Shown here piece after piece: positions 28,619 to 37,033 of a DNA stretch of 64,000 nucleotides; position 1 is the stretch's first letter; each line of letters starts with the position of its first letter. The notes below the pieces were generated by a model that was not told where the DNA came from, made no database searches, and worked only from the letters and a program-made list of their open reading frames with translations. The translations under genes and the position numbers were made by a program. Source of the stretch: an uncultured delta proteobacterium (GTDB lineage Bacteria > Desulfobacterota > BSN033 > UBA1163); assembly GCA_963827685.1 (NCBI GenBank), contig CAWHBU010000002.1, positions 768,001-832,000 on the forward strand, given 5' to 3'.

Positions 28619-29575
28619 TTACGGGATCGTTTCCTTAATTTGATAGGTGGATTTTCCCTGCGATTCATAATAGGTTCGAGTTAGGATTTCAGCCAAAAAG
28701 CCCATGAGAATTGATAAAAATCCTGACAGCAGAAGAAAGACACACAGTAATGGAAGTGGAGTCAAGATGAATGAAGTCCCTCCAAAATATTTTAGATAGA
28801 CAGCGTAGAGCCCAGCCAGAAATGCTCCTAATATCATTAAGAGTCCCATCCCCCCAAAAATGTAAATGGGTTTCTGAGAATAGGATAGGAGGAATTTGAC
28901 TACCATCAGGTCTAAAATGATTTTAAAGATTCTGTTCATCCCATATTTCGATTTCCCAGACCCCCTGGGAAAATGGCGCACTGGAATTTCTGAAACATGG
29001 GCTCCAATCCATTGGGCATAGATCGGGATGAACCGATGCATTTCGCCATAGAGCTTAATGTTCTTCAGAATGTCTCTCTTGTATGCCTTAAGCGTACATC
29101 CGTAATCGTGAAGATGAACACCTCCAATCCATGAGATGATTTTGTTTGCAATCATTGAGGGTAATCGCCGGGTCCAAAAGGGATCTTTGCGATCTTTCCG
29201 CCACCCACTTACCACATCATATCCTTCCTCAATCTTTTGAAGAAGAGGAAGAATATCCTCTGGATCAGTCTGAAGGTCACCATCCATGGGAATGATGATA
29301 TCCCCCTTAGAGCAATCAATTCCAGCACTTAGCGCTGCAGTCTGTCCGAAATTTCGTGCAAAACTAACAATCCTCACATTTGGATTTCTTTCTCTAAGGT
29401 CGAGCAAAATCTCCAATGATCCGTCAGAGCTTCCATCATCGACAAAGATTATTTCGTAAGCCTTCTCCGTTTTTTTTAATGCGGCCTCGAGCTTATCGTA
29501 TAATAGAGAAAGATTTCCTTCTTCATTATAGACAGGGATGAGGACCGAAACGGTTTCTTCTAACTTGCCTTCCAT
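28619..29575 (-). CDS. GT2 undecaprenyl-phosphate glycosyltransferase (ArnC-like)
   Basis: VLIPVYNEE, DDGSSDGS, RNFGQTAAL, DGDLQTDP, LYGEMHRFIP, two C-terminal TMs. Confidence 0.92.
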   Translation of the reverse strand: MEGKLEETVSVLIPVYNEEGNLSLLYDKLEAALKKTEKAYEIIFVDDGSSDGSLEILLDLRERNPNVRIVSFARNFGQTAALSAGIDCSKGDIIIPMDGDLQTDPEDILPLLQKIEEGYDVVSGWRKDRKDPFWTRRLPSMIANKIISWIGGVHLHDYGCTLKAYKRDILKNIKLYGEMHRFIPIYAQWIGAHVSEIPVRHFPRGSGKSKYGMNRIFKIILDLMVVKFLLSYSQKPIYIFGGMGLLMILGAFLAGLYAVYLKYFGGTSFILTPLPLLCVFLLLSGFLSILMGFLAEILTRTYYESQGKSTYQIKETIP

Positions 29576-29696
29576 GAAATTATTTCACCTCACTATTTAT
29601 TCATTTCTTTTCATTTGTTGAAAAAGTTGTCTAATTATTATATCCTTGCAATGGAGAAGTCAAGGATTTAATGAAGGATATGTACTCTAACTAAGA

Positions 29697-31760
29697 ATGA
29701 ATACTACGAAATCTGTTTCTATTGAAAAAGTAGTAAAAATTTCCATCGCTGTGATTATGATGACTATTACTATTCTCACGGTATTTGGAGTGGCCTCTTA
29801 TTTCTATTTCACTCATGATCTTCCAAGTATTGACACTCTAAAAAATTATAAACCTTCGACCATTACAAAAATATTTTCCGAGGATGGAGAGGTCATCGGT
29901 GAGTTTTTCTATGAAAAAAGAGAGGTGGTCTCCCAGGATAAGATTCCAAGCTATTTAATTCAAGCCTTTGTCGCAGGAGAGGATGCAAGATTCTTTCAAC
30001 ACAAAGGCTTAGATTACCTGGCTATCCTTAGGGCCCTTTTTAGAAATATTTTCTCTGGAGAGATTGTTCAAGGAGGAAGCACGATTACCCAACAAGTGGT
30101 GAAATCACTTTTGCTCTCTCCTGAAAAGAGCTTCGCGAGAAAGATCCGAGAGGCCATATTAGCTTATAGAATCGAAAAAAATCTCACCAAGGAGGAAATT
30201 CTCTTTCTATATCTAAACCAAATCTACTTAGGTCATGGGGCATACGGGGTTGCGGCTGCGGCAGAGAATTATTTTGGGAAGACGGTTGAGGAATTGAATA
30301 TAGCGGAAGCTGCAGTCCTTGCCGGACTTCCTCAAGCACCAAGCAAGAACTCTCCTTATCACCATCCCGAACAGGCCAAAAGGAGACAGGTCTATATTCT
30401 CAATCGCATGGCTGAAGAAGGTTTTATCTCATCGAGTGAGGCTGTGAAGGCTGCTCAAACCCCATATGTCATCCGAGGTAAAGAGAAACCTTCCATCGAA
30501 AAGGCACCTCATTTTGTTGAATACATAAGACGTTATGTCGAAGAAAAATATGGGAAGGATGCTCTTTACAAAGATGGCCTCCAGGTTTTTTCCAGCATTG
30601 ATCTTCATTTTCAGGGAATGGCTCAAGAGGCGGTGGAAACCGGACTAAAGGAGATAGAAAAACGGGAAAGATATCCATCTGCTGACACGGCTTTGACCCC
30701 AGAAGGTGCACTGGTCTGTTTCGATTTAGAGACTGGATATGTCAAGGCGATGGTAGGAGGAAGGGATTTTAGAAAAAGTCAGTTCAACCGAGTGACCCAA
30801 GCCCGGAGACAAACCGGATCAGCCTTTAAACCCATCGTTTATGCCTCTGCCCTCGATAAAGGTTTTACCCCTGCGTCCATTATCGTGGATTCTCCAATCG
30901 TCTTTGAATGGGGAGACAAAAAGTGGAAGCCAAAAAATTTCGAAGGGAAATTTTCTGGGCCAACCACTCTAAGGAATGCTCTGACGCACTCCATCAATAT
31001 CGTAACAGTGAAGATTGCCCAAGAGGTCGGCATTGATTATATCAAAGATTATGCACAAAAGTTGGGGATATCCTCCCCTCTTCATAATAACCTTTCCATG
31101 GCTCTTGGTTCTTCCAGTATCTCCCTTTATGAATTAACGAAAGCCTATGCCGTATTTGCCAATCAAGGGAATGCCTTCAAGCCCATTTTTATAAAAAGGA
31201 TCTTGGATAGAGATGGGAATCTCTTAGAAGAAAACCTCCCTCTTTTCTATTCTGAGGAATCCTTCAAGGAAGAACAAATCCTTACGCCTCAGACGGCCTT
31301 TTTGATTACCTATCTTTTAGAAGGCGTTGTTAAGCACGGGACGGGTTGGAGAGCCAGATCTCTGGGCATGCCTGTAGCTGCCAAGACAGGGACAACTGAT
31401 CAATTTATGGACGCTTGGTTTATTGGCTATACCCCGGAATTGATCACTGGGGTATGGGTGGGTTTTGACGAAGAAAGGTCTCTGGGAGAAAATGAAACAG
31501 GGGCCCGTGCGGCCTCACCCATTTGGGTGGCTTTCATGTCAAAAATATTGAAAGGTAAGCCTATACAAGATTTCCCCGTTCCCGAAGGAATGGAGTTCAT
31601 GAAGGTCGATCCCAAGACAGGTCAGGTCAGTTTAGGAAAGGAAGGCATCCTCGAATGCTTCAGGGAGGGAACAGGCCCTGCACAAAAAGATCCCTCGCCG
31701 TTAAAAACCTCAACAGATTTCTTCAAATTCGATTTTAATCTTTCAACAAAACCACAGTAA
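29697..31760 (+). CDS. mrcA: Penicillin-binding protein 1A (class A PBP)
   Basis: EDARFFQHKG, GGSTITQQ, SAFK, SIN, KTGT. Confidence 0.93.
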   Translation: MNTTKSVSIEKVVKISIAVIMMTITILTVFGVASYFYFTHDLPSIDTLKNYKPSTITKIFSEDGEVIGEFFYEKREVVSQDKIPSYLIQAFVAGEDARFFQHKGLDYLAILRALFRNIFSGEIVQGGSTITQQVVKSLLLSPEKSFARKIREAILAYRIEKNLTKEEILFLYLNQIYLGHGAYGVAAAAENYFGKTVEELNIAEAAVLAGLPQAPSKNSPYHHPEQAKRRQVYILNRMAEEGFISSSEAVKAAQTPYVIRGKEKPSIEKAPHFVEYIRRYVEEKYGKDALYKDGLQVFSSIDLHFQGMAQEAVETGLKEIEKRERYPSADTALTPEGALVCFDLETGYVKAMVGGRDFRKSQFNRVTQARRQTGSAFKPIVYASALDKGFTPASIIVDSPIVFEWGDKKWKPKNFEGKFSGPTTLRNALTHSINIVTVKIAQEVGIDYIKDYAQKLGISSPLHNNLSMALGSSSISLYELTKAYAVFANQGNAFKPIFIKRILDRDGNLLEENLPLFYSEESFKEEQILTPQTAFLITYLLEGVVKHGTGWRARSLGMPVAAKTGTTDQFMDAWFIGYTPELITGVWVGFDEERSLGENETGARAASPIWVAFMSKILKGKPIQDFPVPEGMEFMKVDPKTGQVSLGKEGILECFREGTGPAQKDPSPLKTSTDFFKFDFNLSTKPQ

Positions 31761-31840
31761 GATCCTTTTGGCAATGTCAGAAGATATGTGCAAAGCAAGG
31801 GATGAGTTGAGGAATTCTGATTTTTCAGGTTAAAGGGAAT

Positions 31841-31929
31841 TGGTGCCGAAGAGGGGATTTGAACCCCTACGGGAGCAATTTCCCACTAGACCCTGAATCT
31901 AGCGCGTCTACCAATTCCGCCACTTCGGC
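31841..31929 (-). tRNA. tRNA-Leu (anticodon CAG), long variable arm, encoded CCA
   Basis: GCCGAAG-TGGCGGAATTGGTAGACGC-CTAGA TT CAG GG TCTAG-...-GGGGTTCAAATCCCC-CTTCGGC-ACCA. Confidence 0.97.
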
Positions 31930-31939
31930 ATATCTGGGA

Positions 31940-31973
31940 AATAGCAAAGCGCATGGAGCATAGCGCATAGCGC
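31940..31973 (+). repeat. Heptamer array (GCAAAGC GCATGGA GCATAGC GCATAGC)
   Basis: Same unit family as 17110-17138 and 18599-18624. Confidence 0.7.
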
Positions 31974-32082
31974 AAAAAAAAGACAGTAGTTCAAGGACCA
32001 TTGATTGAATTTCAACGGGTATTATTTTAGTATAAAACCGAGGCCGAAATCAACCCTTAATGCAATTTTTATACTTTTTTCC

Positions 32083-33027
32083 ATGGAAATTATTAAAGGA
32101 ATTCAAAATTTAAAAAGATCCTTCAGGAACCCTGTTCTGACATTGGGGAATTTCGATGGAGTCCATTTGGGGCACCAACAGATCTTCAAAAGGGTGAAAG
32201 AGGAAGCATCGAATATGCACGGAGAAGGAGTGGTTATCACCTTCGAACCCCATCCCCTCAAAGTCCTCGCACCCGAAAAGTTCTTGCCCCTGCTCACGCC
32301 TTTTAGAAAAAAAATGATACTAATCGAGAAATCGGGAATCGAGACCGTACTCTGTATTGAATTTTCGGTAAGATTTTCAGAGATTTCCCCCTCTGAATTC
32401 ATCAAAAGCGTTTTGGTCGAAAAAGTGAAAGTGAAGAAGGTCATCATTGGATACAATTATCGTTTCGGTAAGAGACAAAGAGGGGACGCTCAAACCCTAA
32501 GAGAGGCGGGGAAAGTCTTTGATTTTGGAGTGGAGGTGGTGGCACCGCTAAAAGTTGCCCAAACTATCGTCAGCAGCTCAAAGATAAGAGATCTCATTCA
32601 AAGAGGCGAGGTCGAAGCAGCCTCAAAACTATTAGGAAGAAATTATCCCATCATTGGAAAAGTCGTGGAAGGGCTAAAAAGAGGCAAAACTTTAGGATTT
32701 CCCACAGCAAATTTAGAAATATCAGATGAACTTTATCCAAAGGCCGGAGTCTATGCTGTGGAAGTAGTATGCCATCAACAGCGTTTCAATGGCCTCGCCA
32801 ATATCGGGCTAAATCCCACCTTTTCTCGTCCAATAGATAAAAAAGAGGAACAATTTTCATTGGAGGTTCATATTTTAAATTTCAACCAGGAAATTTATGG
32901 GGAGGAAATTGAAGTTCATTTCAGAAGAAGAATTCGAGATGAAGTTCGGTTCGAATCCCCCTCCCTCCTTATCCAACAGATTAACAAAGATATCCAGTAT
33001 GCCAATGAGAATGTCTTCCGGATCTAA
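32083..33027 (+). CDS. ribF: Bifunctional riboflavin kinase / FAD synthetase
   Basis: LGNFDGVHLGHQ, VSSSKIR, GFPTANL, NIGLNPT, LEVH; ATG 32083 preferred. Confidence 0.96.
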   Translation: MEIIKGIQNLKRSFRNPVLTLGNFDGVHLGHQQIFKRVKEEASNMHGEGVVITFEPHPLKVLAPEKFLPLLTPFRKKMILIEKSGIETVLCIEFSVRFSEISPSEFIKSVLVEKVKVKKVIIGYNYRFGKRQRGDAQTLREAGKVFDFGVEVVAPLKVAQTIVSSSKIRDLIQRGEVEAASKLLGRNYPIIGKVVEGLKRGKTLGFPTANLEISDELYPKAGVYAVEVVCHQQRFNGLANIGLNPTFSRPIDKKEEQFSLEVHILNFNQEIYGEEIEVHFRRRIRDEVRFESPSLLIQQINKDIQYANENVFRI

Positions 33028-33668
33028 TGGATCAGCTTTCCTAACCTCCCCCACCTAATTTCACCCCATCTCCATATTTCCCATATTTCCCAAAAATTTG
33101 GACCTGAATAATAGATAACAAATGCGCTTCCTATAACATCATTATTAATATTGACAAAGCCCCAAAAACGACTATCCTGACTGTTGCCACGGTTATCTCC
33201 CATAACGAACAAATGGCCATCTGGAACTCTGTCCACGTGTTCAAATCTTCCGTTTGTACTGAGATTCCTCATCCCATCACGATAATCTCCCCATGGATCA
33301 TCAATGACCTTATCATTGATGTAGATCTTTTTCCCAACGATATCGACCTTGTCCCCTTCAGTCCCAATAACCCTTTTGATAAAATCCTTCGACCGGTCTT
33401 TTGGAAATATGAAGACGATAATATCGCCCCTCTTTGGCTTCTTATATTGAAACAATTTGATATTGGTATAAGGGATTCTTATTCCATAAATAAATTTATT
33501 AACAAGGATGTGGTCGCCCACCAACAACGTGGGTTCCATTGAACTCGATGGAATTTTAAAGGCTTGGACAATAAAAGCCCGAATGAAAAGAGCAATCAGA
33601 AAAGCCACGGCAATTGGTTCTACATATTCTTTAATAAACTTTTTCCTCTCCATAATCTCCTCATTCAC
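33024..33668 (-). CDS. lepB: Signal peptidase I
   Basis: IPSSSMEPTL, FIKRVIG, GDNRGNSQDSRFWG. Confidence 0.96.
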   Translation of the reverse strand: MNEEIMERKKFIKEYVEPIAVAFLIALFIRAFIVQAFKIPSSSMEPTLLVGDHILVNKFIYGIRIPYTNIKLFQYKKPKRGDIIVFIFPKDRSKDFIKRVIGTEGDKVDIVGKKIYINDKVIDDPWGDYRDGMRNLSTNGRFEHVDRVPDGHLFVMGDNRGNSQDSRFWGFVNINNDVIGSAFVIYYSGPNFWEIWEIWRWGEIRWGRLGKLIH

Positions 33669-33685
33669 CTCAAAACAGGCTCAGC

Positions 33686-33786
33686 GCCCGCCTGCTAAAG
33701 TACTCGCTTGCTTGCCCAATAGCCTGCTCGGGCCAAAATTCAGCAAAGGCAAGCCCGTTCGGCGAAGGCCGGCACGGCGGACAGGC
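33686..33786. repeat. GC-rich REP-like palindromic intergenic element (degenerate, possibly nested)
   Basis: gcccgcctgc ... ggcacggcggacaggc with internal gcttgcc/ggcaagc dyad. Confidence 0.45.
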
Positions 33787-33861
33787 AAAGGGTATAGCGG
33801 ATAGCGTTTCTCCGATCTGTGTTTTTCACTCTATCCGCTCTGCAGCATGCTCTAAGCCATG
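33785..33861. repeat. Inverted degenerate heptamer arrays without an enclosed gene
   Basis: gcaaagg gtatagc ggatagc ... ctctatc cgctctg cagcatg ctctaag ccatg; right arm overlaps the last codons of the hydrolase. Confidence 0.6.
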
Positions 33862-34668
33862 GAGCACCTCTCGGTAACTGTCAGGCCTTCTGTCCCTCAA
33901 AAAAGGCCATTCCTTTCTCACCCTATCAATACTTTTCAGATCAATTTCGACCAAAGCAATGCTATCTTTCATGCCTGTCGGTTTGTCCAGTAATTCTCCC
34001 TCTGGGCTGATGCAAAAAGACTTTCCATAAAAATCCTGTTTTTCTTCACTCCCTACCCGGTTTACCCTGAAAACGTAGATCCCATTGGCAATGGCATTGC
34101 TCGAGATCACCGTTTCCCATTTTCTTTGCGAAGCAAAGGCAGCGGCAGTAGGAGAAAAAAGAATCTTGGCTCCCTTTAAAGCCAATATTCTCGATCCCTC
34201 TGGGAAGAAATTGTCCCAACAGATCTGGACACCAATGGGTGCAAACTTAGTTTCAAAAACGGGAAACCCATGGTTTCCAGGAGAAAAATAATATCTCTCT
34301 TCCCAAAGAGGAATTTGAGGAACATGAATCTTTCTATAACTTCCCAGAATCTCACCGTTCGCGTCAATGACGATCGCTGAATTATAGAAAGAATCTTCAT
34401 CGATTTCAAAGATAGGGCAGATCAAAACGACCTCGTTTTCTTCTGCCAACTTTTGCATTCTCGAGATGGTAAACCCATCGATTTCTTCAGCCAGAGAAAA
34501 ATAGCGTTTGTTCATCTCTCTTGGAAACCAATGGGTCGTAAATAATTCTTGGAAACAGATGAGGTTGGCACCTTTTTCAATAGCGATTTGAGCGAGTTTA
34601 ATCGCTTTTTCAATGTTTCGTTCTTTCTCCTCACAACAGGATATCTGGATTCCTGCCAATTTGATCAA
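33826..34668 (-). CDS. Carbon-nitrogen hydrolase (nitrilase superfamily; N-carbamoylputrescine amidase / beta-ureidopropionase-like)
   Basis: Catalytic triad motifs FQELF, YRKIHVP, ICWD; TTG 34668 with GAGGAG RBS. Confidence 0.88.
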   Translation of the reverse strand: MIKLAGIQISCCEEKERNIEKAIKLAQIAIEKGANLICFQELFTTHWFPREMNKRYFSLAEEIDGFTISRMQKLAEENEVVLICPIFEIDEDSFYNSAIVIDANGEILGSYRKIHVPQIPLWEERYYFSPGNHGFPVFETKFAPIGVQICWDNFFPEGSRILALKGAKILFSPTAAAFASQRKWETVISSNAIANGIYVFRVNRVGSEEKQDFYGKSFCISPEGELLDKPTGMKDSIALVEIDLKSIDRVRKEWPFLRDRRPDSYREVLHGLEHAAERIE

Positions 34669-34752
34669 CGTTTTCCCTCTCCTCAGCGAATATAAAATTT
34701 CTGCAAATGCTAACAAAGTTAGGATGAAGTGTCAAGGTTTCGGGTCATTATA

Positions 34753-36182
34753 TGTCAAGCCAAAATAGAAATGTCCTCTTCTTACCAAAATAGAAATGTC
34801 CTATTCTTCAGATTTGAGATTCTAAGAGTTTTTCTCTGTTATAGGGATGTTTCCTAATCTTGAACTTCCTCCAAGGATGATCAGCCGGAGGAATGTAAGT
34901 CTTCCTCCTTCTCACAATAGCCGGCTGTTTCTTCTCTCTTAGTGGTCTCTCAGTGATCTCTTTAAATCTCAAAGCTCGACCTTTATGGGTCATGACCATT
35001 GATCCGTCGATTCGATCCTGAACCATCACCTTGGAGGCCTTGATCGTATCCTCAACCTGATAGAGCTTCCTGTTATGAGCCACCGTAAAGTCATTTCTCA
35101 GTGCTCGCTCTGTCTTAATGCATAAGATCGCATCCAGATCCACCCCCTTAGGTAAGGGCCTGTGGAAATCGTCTTTCTCCTGGGGCCAAACAGAGAACCT
35201 CTTGTTATAGAGAGGAAGATATTCCTCTAAGAACTGATTGCCTTCCTCAATCGTCCTGATCCCTCTTAAACGCATCTCCTTGACCAGCCTGTCCTGAAGG
35301 GTCCGAAAGAGTCGTTCAATCCGCCCCTTGGCCTGCGGCGAATGGGCATGACTGACCTCTACCCCCAACTCTTTTAAGGCCCTCTCAAACTCACTTAACG
35401 GCCCCACGTCATTTAACTCGTCCTCGATCGTTGGCTTGGCCGTCGACTTATAGGTCGAATGCTTATCCAAATACACCTTCATCGGTAAACCGTTTTTCTT
35501 GATATAACGCTTGAAGCTATCCATCGCCGGGATCGTCCCCTCATACTCATAGAACCTCCCAAAGGCTTCCCCGGTAGCATCGTCAATATAGCTCATCAGA
35601 ACACAGGGGCCACCTCTGTCCTCAAACCAAGCGTGATGGGACCCGTCCATCTGTACCATCTCGCCGTAATGATGCTTCCGCTCCCTCCACTGACGATGCC
35701 TCCCTCTCTTGCGGCTCTTCTTCCAATCCCCCGCCTCGATGAGCCACCTCCGTAAGGTCTCATCACTGATCTCTATCCTACCCCTTTCCAGAAGCTTCTC
35801 CGAGGCCAGGGTCGGCCCAAAACCCTTGTACTGTGCCCGGTAAAGTCGGATCACCCTGTCCTTAATCTTATAGGGTATCCTCCGGTTTGATGGCCTCCCT
35901 CTCGATTTGTGTATGACTCCCCTGTTCCCTTCATTCCTGATCCGCTTCACGATCCTCCGAATTTGCCTACCACTCAAGGAAAGAATCTCTGCTGCCTCTA
36001 CCCGCTTGATGACCCTCTCCAGGACCTTCTGGATGACATGTAACCGCTTTAACTCTCCCTGACGTACCATGATCATGTCCTCTCCTGCCATCATGCCCTC
36101 CTCTGAAAAAGGGCATCTTAGCATGTCGAAAAGAGGACATTTCTAAATTGGTCAATTAGGACATTATCATTTTGGGATTACA
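34753..36182 (-). mobile_element. Complete IS element, IS1202-like (ex-ISNCY), 1430 bp, with 17-bp target-site duplication
   Basis: Ends TGT...ACA; repeated sub-terminal AAATGTCCT/AGGACATT boxes; direct repeat GGTTTCGGGTCATTATA at 34736-34752 and 36183-36199. Confidence 0.92.
34808..36094 (-). CDS. DDE transposase (HTH plus rve-type core)
   Basis: GFGPTLASEKL, QMDGSHHAWF, IDDATG, YLDKHS, SPQAKGRIERLFRTLQDRL; start 36091/36094 after GAGGAGG. Confidence 0.95.
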   Translation of the reverse strand: MMAGEDMIMVRQGELKRLHVIQKVLERVIKRVEAAEILSLSGRQIRRIVKRIRNEGNRGVIHKSRGRPSNRRIPYKIKDRVIRLYRAQYKGFGPTLASEKLLERGRIEISDETLRRWLIEAGDWKKSRKRGRHRQWRERKHHYGEMVQMDGSHHAWFEDRGGPCVLMSYIDDATGEAFGRFYEYEGTIPAMDSFKRYIKKNGLPMKVYLDKHSTYKSTAKPTIEDELNDVGPLSEFERALKELGVEVSHAHSPQAKGRIERLFRTLQDRLVKEMRLRGIRTIEEGNQFLEEYLPLYNKRFSVWPQEKDDFHRPLPKGVDLDAILCIKTERALRNDFTVAHNRKLYQVEDTIKASKVMVQDRIDGSMVMTHKGRALRFKEITERPLREKKQPAIVRRRKTYIPPADHPWRKFKIRKHPYNREKLLESQI

Positions 36183-36313
36183 GGTTTCGGGTCATTATAT
36201 TTAGATATTGCTTTTTTCAACAATCAATTTATAATGTTGATGTTTATTTCTTATCTATTTAACAAGCTGCAAAAGCATGCCCCATCCATCTTTGGAGGAG
36301 GCCTGAAAAAGCA

Positions 36314-36991
36314 ATGAGAATTTTAGTCATCGAAGATGAGAAAAAGGTTGCCAACTTTATTAAAAAAGGACTGGAAGAGGAACATTATGCGGTGGACCAT
36401 GCTTATGATGGGGAGTCAGGGCTTTACATGACAGAAGTGAATGAATACGATTTAATTGTTCTTGATCTGATGATCCCCAAGATCGATGGATTAGAGGTAC
36501 TAAAAAGAATCCGGGGAAATCGAAACAATGTCCCCATCTTGGTGTTGACTGCCAAGGATAGCGTGGAAGATATTGTGAGGGGTTTGGATGCAGGGTGTGA
36601 TGATTATTTGACGAAGCCATTTGAATTTTTAGAATTTTTAGCCAGAATCCGTGCTCTTTTACGCCGGGAAAAGATAGATAAAGAGCCTACTTTAAAAATA
36701 GCCGATTTGACTTTATCTCTGGTTACGCATAAAGTGATGCGGAGAGGGAAAGAGATTGAGCTCACGGCCAAGGAATATTCCCTCTTAGAATATTTTATGA
36801 GAAATCCAGATAAGGTCCTCACTCGGACCATGATTTCTGAACATGTCTGGGATTACCATTTTGACTCGATGACCAATGTGATCGATGTCTATGTGAACTA
36901 TCTTCGGAAAAAAATTGATAAGGGATTTGAATCCAGACTGATCCATACGATTCGAGGGGTCGGTTATATCCTGTCTGCCGACAGGCCCTGA
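36314..36991 (+). CDS. OmpR-family response regulator (CusR/CzcR-like)
   Basis: MRILVIEDE, LDLMIP, DDYLTKPF, TNVIDVYVNYLRKKID, IHTIRGVGY. Confidence 0.93.
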   Translation: MRILVIEDEKKVANFIKKGLEEEHYAVDHAYDGESGLYMTEVNEYDLIVLDLMIPKIDGLEVLKRIRGNRNNVPILVLTAKDSVEDIVRGLDAGCDDYLTKPFEFLEFLARIRALLRREKIDKEPTLKIADLTLSLVTHKVMRRGKEIELTAKEYSLLEYFMRNPDKVLTRTMISEHVWDYHFDSMTNVIDVYVNYLRKKIDKGFESRLIHTIRGVGYILSADRP

Positions 36992-37018
36992 ACCTAATAT
37001 GGTACAGGGCAGGCAGGC
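36970..37018. repeat. Nested palindromic REP-like element overlapping the regulator stop codon
   Basis: CCTGTCTGCC-GACAGG-[CCCTGAACC taatat GGTACAGGG]-CAGGCAGGC. Confidence 0.6.
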
Positions 37019-37033
37019 ATGAAAAGGGCCTGA

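Noticed and set aside
31841-31929. tRNA-Leu as integration site of the glycan island
   Set aside because: No integrase and no duplicated tRNA 3' end found; flanks are housekeeping genes.
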